Made by a program: the position numbers and the translations under genes. This document shows, piece after piece, positions 12,251 through 23,329 of a stretch of 64,000 nt of DNA. The first letter of the stretch is position 1; each line of letters begins with the position of its first letter. A model generated the notes under the pieces. It was given only the letters and a program-made list of their open reading frames with translations. It was not told where the DNA came from and did no database searches. The DNA comes from Takakia lepidozioides (lineage: Eukaryota > Plantae > Bryophyta): positions 59,582,001 through 59,646,000 of the forward strand of contig CM060733.1 in NCBI GenBank assembly GCA_030704615.1, written 5' to 3'.

Positions 12251-14153
12251 TCATGGTAGCCGAGAACAATGGAGCCTGGCACACACAGATGTGGCCGCTC
12301 CTAGCAGCACACTAGCTGCCGTAGCCTTGGCAACACTAGGTAGTGGTGCTACCCGTGTAGCTCTCCCCAATGGCATATAACCCTCCGCCTCGGTAGTCGG
12401 GCGAGAACTAGGTGCCATGGATGGCGTCGACACTGTCTCCGCCAATGTGAATGACTGAGGAAGCCTAGCCTGACGGCTTGCCTCCCCACGCTGTGGATCC
12501 AACTCCACCTCTGCACCTCGTGGCTCAGGAACTCGTGCTGCTCCTCGAGTCACGGCTGCAGCAGACTCCACCTGCACTAGTGGTAGTGCTGCTCCACACA
12601 TGAATCCCATGCCTCCCATATCTCCTCCCTCAGGAGCAGGAGGTGGACCATCCGGCCTTAGAGCCGGTACCACCTGAGCTGTAGCCATGGCAGCGAGCCT
12701 CTGCTCTAGCTGCTGAAGCCGGTTGGCCATGCCTTGGTCAACACCCTGACCTCCGCGTCCTTGGCCATGTTGAGCTTGCCCTTGGCCTGCACCTCGTGGC
12801 TGGCCACCTCGTCCTCTCTGGGCTGCTCCACCTCGCCCCCGGCCACCATTGTTCCCTTGGAACTGGCCTGGGCGCAACTCAGGATGCAAACCATAACACT
12901 GGGCCTCTCCATGCCCGTGCTTGCCACAATGCCCACACTGCAACTGTGCAGGCTGTGCATGTGCCGGCCCTTTGCCTCCCTCTGGGCAATCCTTTTTTGA
13001 CATGGGGTCCTCCACATGTCCAGCACACCACATCCGCCCGTTGTTGGCCAGCAAATGAAGGGAGAGACCCCTGCATCTGAGGTCCTCTCTGCCCTTCCCT
13101 GAGCTTCACCTGAGCCCCCTTGTTGCCTTGAGCACGTTGAGGTAGTGGTTGGCTAGGAGCACCACTACCCCGTGGTGTCTCCTTAGCAAATCCCACCATG
13201 ACCACTCGTTCCTCCACCATGTTGAGCTCTATCCGCTCTGCCAGCAAAAACACATTTGCTAAGGTGGGTTGGGCCGCTTGTAGGAGAGTTGCATCCCGCA
13301 CCCCTTCTCCTCAGCTCCTTGTCCAATATCCCATACCAGAATTGGACTGCCTGAGCTTCCGTAACCCCTTGGGTTACATTTATCAAGCGCCTCATGCGAG
13401 TGAAAGCCTCCCTCAAGCTCTCAGTCGGCTTCCGTTGGAACTCTTGCAAGCTCCGCAACTTCTCTGTCCTCACCCCTTGGTAGTTCCCTCTCAACTCTTC
13501 GAAGAACTCCACAACAGGGTTGAAGGCAGGCACGGGTGCTAGTGCTGGTGCGGTAGTGGCTTGGGTGGACGTCGTAGCTACTGTACCACCAGTCCCACTT
13601 TCCACTGCTACTTGCTGAAGCTGCCGGTGCAGCGGCAGGTGTAGCCACTGCCCTCGTGGCTCTAGTGCCCCTAGTGATGGAGACATAGTCGGGTGACCAG
13701 TACATCCTCCACTCCTCGATCTCAACCTCATGCCCCCGCCTGAACTCATGGTAATCATCCATAGGCGGCCCCTCAAGGTGCTGAAACAGCCCTTTCCATG
13801 CCATGAACGGCGTAAATAGTTGTGGATTGCGCATTTGCTGCAAATCACACCAACTATCAAACTCTTGGATAAAATCATCCAACTCGATGGTGCCCACCGC
13901 CCCAGAGTACTTTTCGTGGCCCCTTGGTAGCTCCATACATCCTCCATTGTGTCCCACAACAATGGCAAAGAAACAACTTGCACCGCCGGTATGAGTCCTC
14001 CTGATTCACAATCCGAATCAGAACCTTCCGTGAAGACACAGGAGGTGAAGGTGGCCTAAACCGCACACCTCGTCTCGTGTACCCACTAGTATCGCTAGTG
14101 CTCGAACCGGCACTATCCCCAGCAACTAGTGGCACCTCCGTGTTGACACTCAA
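12251..14153 (-). pseudogene. gag with two zinc knuckles (frameshifted)
   Basis: LDDFIQEFDSWCD, FQRKPTESLREAFTRM, CWTCGGPHVKKDC, CGHCGKHGHGEAQC, RGG-rich tract. Confidence 0.85.
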
Positions 14154-14715
14154 CCGGTCATGAACATGTCCCTAACCCCCTCTCCACAAGGTAACCGGGT
14201 AGAGAACCTGTTGCGGCTTATGGTTTGGAATACTAAGTTCCTAACATAGCCTACACCTGTACCTGCATCCACCGCAAGCACTCCTATGGTTGGCTGGTCA
14301 TCACCTCCAACCTCACCACAGGAGAAACAATGATGGTCTGGCTGGTCATCACCCCAGCCTCACCATCGACAGCATGCTCTAGGACTGGCCGGTGATCAAA
14401 TCGGACCAATCACCTATAAAAACAAGCGCCCACACAAAACTAGCATGGCGCACAGTCAAGCATGCAGGTATGGAGGGGATCCAAACACAAGAAATCAGAA
14501 CGACAACTCCCCCACACCAAAAACAACTCCACGGTGTTGCTCTTGCAATGACACCCCAGCCCAAACCCGAACTGACTCTTGCCTCCACCTACGGAAAGGT
14601 CTTGGCCTAATGAGAGGGTGGAAACTACGAAGAAGAGAAGCTAAAGCAATGCATACCCCCAGCATGCCCTCATCCCAACACTCTTCCTCTCCTCTCTCTC
14701 AACCTCACTTGCATG

Positions 14716-15420
14716 ACCATTGTTCCCTTGGAACTGGCCTGGGCGCAACTCAGGATGCAAACCATAACACTGGGCCTCTCCATGCCCGTGTTTGCCACAA
14801 TGCCCACACTGCAACTGTGTAGGCTGTGCATGTGCCGGCCCTTTGCCTCCCTCTGGGCAATCCTTTTTGACATCGGGTCCTCCACATGTCCAGCACACCA
14901 CATCCGCCCGTTGTTGGCCAGCAAATGAAGGGAGAGACCCCTGCATCTGAGGTCCTCTCTGCCCTTCCTTGAGCTTCACCTGAGCCCCCTTGTTGCCTGC
15001 ACATTGAGGTAGTGGTTGGCTAGGAGCACCACTACCCCGTGGTGTCTCCTTAGCAAATCCCACATGACCACTCGTTCCTCCACCATGTTGAGCTCTATCC
15101 TCTACCGCTCTGCCAGCAAAAACACATTTGCTAAGGTGGGTTGGGCCACTTGTAGGAGAGTTGCATCCGCACCCTTCTCCTCAACTCCTTGTCCAATATC
15201 CCATACCAGAATTGGACTGCCTGAGCTTCCGTAACCCCTTGGGTTATATTTATCAAGCGCCTCATGCGAGTGAAAGCCTCCCTCAAGCTCTCATTCGGCT
15301 TCCGTTGGAACTCTGCAAGCTCCGCAACTTCTCTGTCCTCACCCCTTGGTAGTTCCCTCTCAAACTCTTCGAAGAACTCCACAACAGGGTTGAAGGCAGG
15401 CACGGGTGCTAGTGCTGGTG
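14716..15420 (-). repeat. first part of an internal tandem duplication (repeats 12845-13550); continues at 27279-28447 after the MULE
   Basis: Junction GCATGACCAT|TGTTCCC with ACCAT microhomology at 12845-12849, 14716-14720 and 28443-28447. Confidence 0.9.
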
Positions 15421-15823
15421 GGGGGGTGCTATTCCGTGAGCCTAGAGGCGTGAGCCTGTGAGCCCAGGAAAGCGTGAGCCCAGCACAGGCTCACGCCACG
15501 TCAGCATGCAAACAGTGCCTATTTCCGCGGGATGTCACCTATTTCCGAGTGGGGTCACCTATTTCCGCGGGTTGATGTGGGGAGAATTGAGAATTGAGAA
15601 CAAAGTGGTTTGTTTGTTTTTGCAATGTACTCAAGTCTGTGAGGTTCACAAACAACAAATATATTGAAGGAACAATCCGGGCAGTCCATGCAACCCCCAT
15701 CTCCAACAATAGTTTGGAACCATGAATGTGAATTCCATGCACACATTGCAAAGAGGACAATAAGGACACACAACCATCCCATTTCAAATTTGTCCCAGAA
15801 TTAAACCAAAAGAATACTTCATA

Positions 15824-18800
15824 TCAAGTGTCGCAGTCATCACAATCAATGTCCACCTCCTGTGCTATGTCATCTACAAAGATTCTGGCCCCAACACCAC
15901 GTGTTCTACGAAGGCCATCGCAAGGTGGACTCTGAGTGCCATGAACGGACATGCTTGCTGCGAGTGCCTCCGCATAGACAGGTAGCACACAAGACCGAGG
16001 AGGACTGAAAACAAGTCCAAATAGGTGTGATAGCCCAGGAGGGCAAGTGGAAGCACGCGGACTCCTACACATGTCCACAAAATTCCATTTTTAACACAAT
16101 GATGCAATGCACAAGTCCAACGAAAGAGATGTCTCCCCATTTGCACTTTGCCTCAGAACAGCGATTCTCGATAATGAAACAACAATGCAAGCATGCACAG
16201 GTTCAACTTACTCACAGGCAAAGTCGGAGTCCAGCTCCTTGTCAGAAGTCTCCTCTGTACCAGTATCAGCGGGACGGGGCTTCGGAAGGACCTGAGAAGT
16301 GTGTCCACCCAAACCCATCAGGAGGTTCTTGTAAATCTCAGCATCCCCTTCAATCCCAAAGACATGTCGCGCACTGGCCTTGCAAGCGTGGTACGAAGCA
16401 CCTGCAGTGGAATAGAATGAAGTAAGCAGACATTGAAGACACATTCGGAACGGTGGAAAGTGCTGAAAGTGCAAGCTCAATCAAACCTCATGAAATGTGA
16501 ATGTTGAAGGGACGAACCTGTGCCCATCGACAAATCCAGAACTCTGGCGTCTGTGTAGGTGCAGCACTCCACAATCGTTTGAATGAAAGCCGGGCTCCTC
16601 TCCCTCGCCCCTCTCCAAGGAACCCCATTCCCCCTTCGCAAGCACACGTTGCTGTCGACGTAGTTGTGATGCATGTCATCCGTGGGAGGATCTGTCCTGT
16701 CATCTATGAACTTGCCCCCGTGAGTGATGGCGAACTCCGTAATGCCGGCCGGAGTCGTTGGTGGATGCACCCGGACGAGACAAACAGCTTCAAACAGACG
16801 AGTCTGCGAACATGACATCCAGAAGGAACTAAGAACCAAAATAAAATCGGGCCCCTACATATGAGTTTGAGCGACCTACACAACACAATCCCAGAACAAA
16901 AAAGAAGAGGAAGAAGAAGGGAAACTCACCATCTCTCCCGGACGATCCCCCTTCGTAAGGTACATGCTGTTCACACAATTCCATGTCTTCAGGACTCTCA
17001 TGCCCGAGGCTTTCAAATAGCTGGCAAGGGCACGGCGACACGAACATCGATGGACTGGATGAGAACCAAAACACCTGCATCGGAAAGGAAGAAGTTGCAA
17101 AAGGAAAAACCCACCGCCAGTAGCGCTCATCAATGCATTCCAACCCGGACAAGCACCCGATGGTGGGATATCCGGACTGCCAACCATCAGGGATGTCCAA
17201 GATGATGAGTTCCGCTGCATATGGCTTCTCCTTCCCGTTCACCCACGATTTGGTCATTTTAGCCTGCAAACAAAAATACAATGAATTCTGACAAGTTTTA
17301 TAAACGATCCATGCCCACAGCAGACAAGAGAGCAGAAGCCACAGAACCCAAAGAGAACACGCACCGTGCTGAGGAACTCGACAATCCTCTCCCACACTGG
17401 TGATGGCTCGCCCTTGTAATCAGATTTCTTCGACTCCATCATGGCAAGGAACCCGACGTTGGCAATCTCCAACCTGTTGGACGAATGAACCTCGTGGATG
17501 TTCCACTGCATGGTACGGGTCCTTGGGATCAACCACACCCTTGTTCTTTTTTTTCTCCGGATCCCCTACCATGCGGTGGAGTCTGCTGGACATGCTCCAC
17601 AGGCCAATAGCTGCAACACTTCCCTGCCCTTGTGCCACCTTCCCTCTAACCCTTCCCGTCCCCACAACACCAGCAACATCTTTTCCCTTTGCCTTTCTTC
17701 CTCTACCCCGGGGTATCCTGAGCGGGGCTCCCTTCTCTGCAAGAGTCCTCAGATTACGCTCATGAATGTCGAGGTCCGCTGCTGCGGCAGTGGCTGCAAT
17801 ACGAATCGGTCATTCTCTCTCCTCAAAGATACAACTCTACAGCTGGGGTCTCTGAAGGAGGGCAATCCAAATACCAACCACAAGAAGAAAGATGGTCGGA
17901 CCCCAGTCATGCAAGATCCCAGCAGTGAACATGGTCTGGTTGCCAGCAGGGACAAGCCAAAGGTCCACGAAATCTGGATGTTTGTCCAAGCAATTCTCTT
18001 CCAGGAGAACAAACTTAATGTACCTGCACGAACAGACACAGCCTCATTATCCAATGCACATATTGTGTCCCAGCTTTTTCAACACACCAGGAAGACCCCC
18101 TTAAACAGTATGCCACACAACACATTGCAACCACAACACAAGCAAAGAGTGCAAGGGTGTGCACCTGTAAAGGCATCGTTTCCAGGCTTCCTCTCCTTTT
18201 TCCTGCTGGTCAAGCTCATTTGTTCGACTGATGCCACCCTCCTTGCTGAACTCTCTAAAGAAACCAGAGTGCCACACTGTGGCTCTCCATTTCCTCATGT
18301 ATGCTTCGAAGGAGACCTTCGGAGCTGTCATAGTGATGCCATAGTCAGCCAGCTGAGTATGCAGAACCGATCGGGCCCTTTCTTCCAACTGCAAAAAAAT
18401 TGAAATGGAAGAATGAACCCAAAAACAGTCACAGCGAATGTAAGAGGCAATGGGAAGAGAAGGACAGGAAAAGAGAAAAGAAAGTGAGATACGAGAGGAC
18501 ATCACACCTGGCTCCAGTAAGTGGCCTTGTGAAGCCAGTTGTCCAGCACATTGTCACTGACAGGAACGACACGCTGGGTCTTCTTCTCCTTCTCTGGCCT
18601 TGGGAACATGTGGGTATCCCTAACTGTGGGATCGGAGTTCCATATCTGCAGCCACTTCACCTTCTGTTCAGAAGACACGACGGCGGTAGACAACCTGTGC
18701 AACTTCTCCTGGGCCATCTCCGGCTTGCCTGGCTTGTTATAATGGTTTTTTATCTCCAGCAGAAACTGCGGCCCGAATGATGGGTCGGCCATTCTCAACT

Positions 18801-21800
18801 GCTTCACAAAAGCACTCATTATTGTCCTTCTTGTAGCGTTCATCTCCTTCTGGATGTGACTTTCAACTCCCTTTGCTGTCCTTCTCTCCTCAGGGGTAGA
18901 GCTGTAGTATTCCAGTTTGCCACGCTCCCCTGCATCTGCAATGTCTTGCTGCAAGGGAATGCAAGAGAGTTGCATCAATCCAAGGTCAAGGGAGACAGAG
19001 AGAAACAAACATGTGGAAGCAGGAATATGGAAAGGCCAGATGAAGGAAGATGTATCTCACCGTGTACATGTACTCCATGAAAGCCTCACGGGTCAACGAG
19101 TACCATGTTTCCGAAGTCTTGGAGCTTTCGCATTTCTTATACATCTCTGCCGAAAGGATGGTCTTGAAGTTGGTCAAGGGCATCTGCCCGATCCTTTGTA
19201 TCCTATACAGTGTGTGAACCAGACTCGTTTTGACATGCGATGTCTCCGTCCCTCTGCAGAATGATATCTGAATTTCAGAATGTAATTCAAGGACTTCAAT
19301 CAAGGAAGAACGGAACCAGAAGTGCAACGTACAATGAGAAACCAACCTGTTCACATCATTCATTGCCGTCAGAAGACCCATCATGTTGTCGTCACAATCA
19401 AGCACCATCGATCGAACAGAGTAATGCCACTCTTCCTCCTGTGAGTGCAGCCTCCCAATGACAGCCATCCATGCAAGCAACCGGTGGTTGCCATCCCAAA
19501 CGTGAAACATCTTCCCGAGAATACCTGGGTGGAAGGTTTCTGGAGAGAAGAAGTTCGAAGGATTCGTTCACCTGTCTCCAAATGGGGTCCCAGGAGTCGA
19601 CGATTGACTCATCAACAAGGAGCTCGTTACCTCTTGAATCCCTAGTAGAAACGTAAAAGACCGCGGATCCATCCAAATACCCATGAACAAACTCGGCCTC
19701 CAGCTTGAGAATGTCTTTGACAAGGGGTGGACGAACGACGGGCATGGAAACCAACCTACACAGGGGAATCTTCAACCTCCCACCAGGAGCAAGCATACTT
19801 TGAACCACAAGCTGAGAGTTCACCTTTTGACCCCCAGCATCTCAGCGGCTTTGCTTTCAAAAAACTCATCGTCAACATCATCTTTGGTCTCCTTCCCCTG
19901 ACCCTGAGGGACCTCATCCGCCACACTTTGCATTTTCCCCTGCAAGGTTGTTCACTCAAATTCTTATAAGAGAGGAATGAAACGTCGACCGATGCATGAA
20001 AAAGTGGGATAAAAAGGGAAGTGTTCTTTGAGCTGCCAGATAAGTGTTCATTGATCCTCACGGACATGCACTATGTTCCCGATTTACACAGGGAAAGAAC
20101 ATTGAAAAGTTGCTCAAATATCTGCCCATGAGGGCCGAAAGTTGCGCCCTTCCATTCATATGTTCTGCCTAACAGTGTGCGGTTCCGCAGACTGTTTGAG
20201 CTGACAGTGAAGGGTTCATTTATACTCAAAAATGTGCCCCTGAAGTCCAAATTTTGCACCCAGAAACATTGAAATGCTCAGCTCAAACAGTGTGCGTTGC
20301 CGCACACTGGCTGGCAGTGAAGGGTTCTTTTCACCTCACACAGGTGCCCCTGAAGTCCAAATTTTGCACCAGAAACATTGAAATGCTCAGCTCAAACAGT
20401 GTGCGTTGCCGCACACTGAGCTGGCAGTGAAGGGTTCTTTCACACTCACACAGGTGCCCCTGAAGTCCAAATTTTGCCAGAAACATTGAAATGCTCAGCT
20501 CAAACAGTGTGCGTTGCCGCACACTGTCTGAGCTGGCAGTGAAGGGTTCATTTCACACTCACACAGGTGCCCCTGAAGTCCAAATTTTCACCCAGAAACA
20601 TTGAAATGCTCAGCTCAAACAGTGTGCGTTGCCGCACACTGTCTGGGCTGGCAGTGAAGGGTTCTTTTCACACTCACACAGGTGCCCCTGAAGTCCAAAT
20701 TTTGCACCAGAAACATTGAAATGCTCAGCTCAAACAGTGTGCGTTGCCGCACACTGTCTGAGCTGGCAGTGAAGGGTTTCACACTTGCCCCTGAAGAATT
20801 TTGGAAACATTGAAATGCTCAGCTCAAACAGTGTGCGTTGCCGCACACCTGGCAGTGAAGGGAGGTGCCCTGAAGTCCAATTTTGCACCCAGAAACATTG
20901 AAATGCTCAGCTCAAACAGTGTGCGTTGCCGCACACTGTCTGAGCTGGCAGTGAAGGGTTCTTTCACACTCACACAGGTGCCCCTGAAGTCCAAATTTTC
21001 ACCCAGAAACATTGAAATGCTCAGCTCAAACAGTGTGCGTTGCCGCACACTGTCTGAGCTGGCAGTGAAGGGTTCTTTTCACACTCACACAGGTGCCCTG
21101 AAGTCCAAATTTTTCACCCAGAAACATTGAAATGCTCAGCTCAAACAGTGTGCGTTGCCGCACACTGTTGAGCTGGCAGTGAAGGGTTCTTTCACACTCA
21201 CACAGGTGCCCCTGAAGTCCAAATTTTCACCCAGAAACATTGAAATGCTCAGCTCAAACAGTGTGCGTTGCCGCACACTGTCTGAGCTGGCAGTGAAGGG
21301 TTCATTTCACACTGGTGCCCCTGAAGTCCAATTTTGCACCCAGAAACAAATGCTCAGCTCAAACAGTGTGCGTTGCCGCACAGCTGGCAGTGAAGGGTTC
21401 ATTTCACTCACACAGGTGCCCCTGAAGTCCAATTTTGCATCCAGAAACATTGAAATGCTCAGCTCAACAGTGTGCGTTGCCGCACACTGTCTGAGCTGGC
21501 AGTGAAGGGTTCATTTCACACTAACATAACAGACATCAAGACCAAATTTTGAACCCTAAAACATTGAAAAGGTCTGCTCAAACAGCGTTGCCGCACGCTG
21601 TTGAGCTGGTTTGAAGGGTTCATTTCAACCTCAGATCAAAGACCAAATTTTGCACCCAGAAACACCGAAATGCCCAGCTCAAACAGTGTGCGTTGCCGCA
21701 CACTGTTGAGCTGGCAGTGAAGGGTTCATTTCACACTCACACAGGTGCCCCTGAAGTCCAAATTTTGCACCCATAAACATTGAAATGCTCAGCTCAAACA

Positions 21801-22500
21801 GTGTGCGTTGCCGCACACTGTCTGGGCTGGCAGTGAAGGGTTCTTTTCACACTCACACAGGTGCCCCTGAAGTCCAAATTTTGCACCCAGAAACATTGAA
21901 ATGCTCAGCTCAAACAGTGTGCGTTGCCGCACACTGTCTGGGCTGGCAGTGAAGGGTTCGTTTCACCCTCACAAACAGACATCAAGACCAAATTTTGCAA
22001 GACCAATGGTTCTTTCTTTCACAAATACCTGCCATTCAAAGCCGAATTCTTCACAAATATGGGTCGTGTGGATTTTACCTTTTTCGTAGCTACTCGAGAA
22101 GACTCCCCAGTTGCCGGGGACGCTTTCCGCTTGGGCTGCTCTCTTCGCCGACTATGTAGGTGAGCCTCTCCCCCTTCCTCTTTCCCGTGGTCAGATCGTT
22201 CGTGAGGCCAGTGTCAACATCTTCCTCCATGTCGTCTGTCTCTCCCTCAGACGCAGTGTCCTCCTCGCCTGTTCCTGGAACTATGGTGGGTTGTTGTTCT
22301 TCTCCAGATTCCTGCTCCTCCATCCCACACTTTCCTGTATTCCCTCTTCTTCCTCCTTTTCCTCTTCCTCCACTCTTTCCATCCTCATTCTATATCTAGC
22401 TCTATTCCTGTTTCTAGAACTCGTGAAGTATAATGACTTCCTTCTCTTTCTCCTCCGCTGGAAACAAGGGCTCCCCACGATGCCCCTGGAGCTCTCCAGT
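15824..22500 (-). pseudogene. multi-exon accessory gene: acidic N-terminus, ParB/Srx-like domain, helical region, beta-class N6A/N4C methyltransferase-like domain
   Basis: IPLCRLVSMPVVRP..FHVWDGNHRLLAW (19398-19823, 18986-19510); YAAELIILDIPDG (~17185-17225); PWRGARERSPAFIQTIVECCTYTDARVLDLSMGTG (~16515-16640); ASYHACKASARHVFGIEGD (~16340-16400). GT-AG introns, e.g. ~19940-22078. Boundaries approximate. Confidence 0.7.
20170..21990. repeat. tandem array, ~110-115-bp unit, about 16 copies, each with an 18-bp-stem inverted repeat
   Basis: Unit CAGAAACATTGAAATGCTCAGCTCAAACAGTGTGCGTTGCCGCACACTGTCTGAGCTGGCAGTGAAGGGTTC..CAGGTGCCCCTGAAGTCCAAATTTTGCACC. Confidence 0.95.
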
Positions 22501-23329
22501 TTGACGTTTGCAACAAGTTCTGGTATCGCATGTAACAAAAATAAAAATGGACGTTGTCAACCGTATTTGGATGCGGGTGTTGATATTGTGTGCGAACGGA
22601 ATTCATCCATTTTGTCGTCTTTGTATTACCCAGCTAATAAAGCGCCGAAGAAAAAGAATATCCGTTGCATGCATTTTGCGATATATGTCAGATGTGCTTC
22701 GCCGCCTGCCAATACATGGCGGCCTCCTTGCCTTCTTTCAAATTCGAATGCGCCGTAGAAATGTAGTGCTTTTTCAATTCCGAGCAGTTCTTCCAGATTC
22801 GCAATAATTGTTATGCTTCACATATGCATCCACGTGTGTTGTGCTGCATGCCCTGTGGTTTTTTTATGCCGTGACCGTCCCCATGGGGTCATTCGGTATA
22901 AAGGATTGTGTCGGATATGACCATGTGTTGCACACATTCGTGCGAGGTATCTCTTGAAGTGTCGGTGTTTGTTCTGTGCTATTCTGGCGCAACACAATCT
23001 CATTACAATCGGATCTTCCTGTTTACTGCTCTCCAGGGTTGTTGCCGTCATTTCATAATGGATGGTTTCATGTCATTTCAGGGTTTGTTTTCCATCCAAA
23101 AACAGTACGGCTTCTTGTGGCTCTGGTCTTTCAAAACCGTTTTTCTGGTTGGTGGGAGGTGAATGTGCACGTCATCCCTACATCCTTGGCATGCATCGCC
23201 GGCAGCCTTGGGTTTGGTGCTACCCTTGTTGACCTCAGTTTGCTGGTGGTATTTCCACTTTCGATAATTACGGGCTCTCAGTTCGGGGATTCCGTTCTGC
23301 ATCGGCAGTTTCGTTCAGTGCTGGAAAAC

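Noticed and set aside
17498-18403. 301-aa + strand ORF
   Set aside because: No recognisable motifs, and it is antisense to exons and introns of the conserved - strand accessory gene.
10290-19830. Bacterial or phage contamination suggested by the C5-MTase and ParB-like domains
   Set aside because: The domains sit inside TSD-bounded eukaryotic transposons, one gene has spliceosomal introns, and the flanks are plant PPR genes.
20170-21990. CRISPR array (regular palindromic repeats)
   Set aside because: The sequence between palindromes is repeated too, so there are no unique spacers. No cas genes, and the context is a eukaryotic intron.
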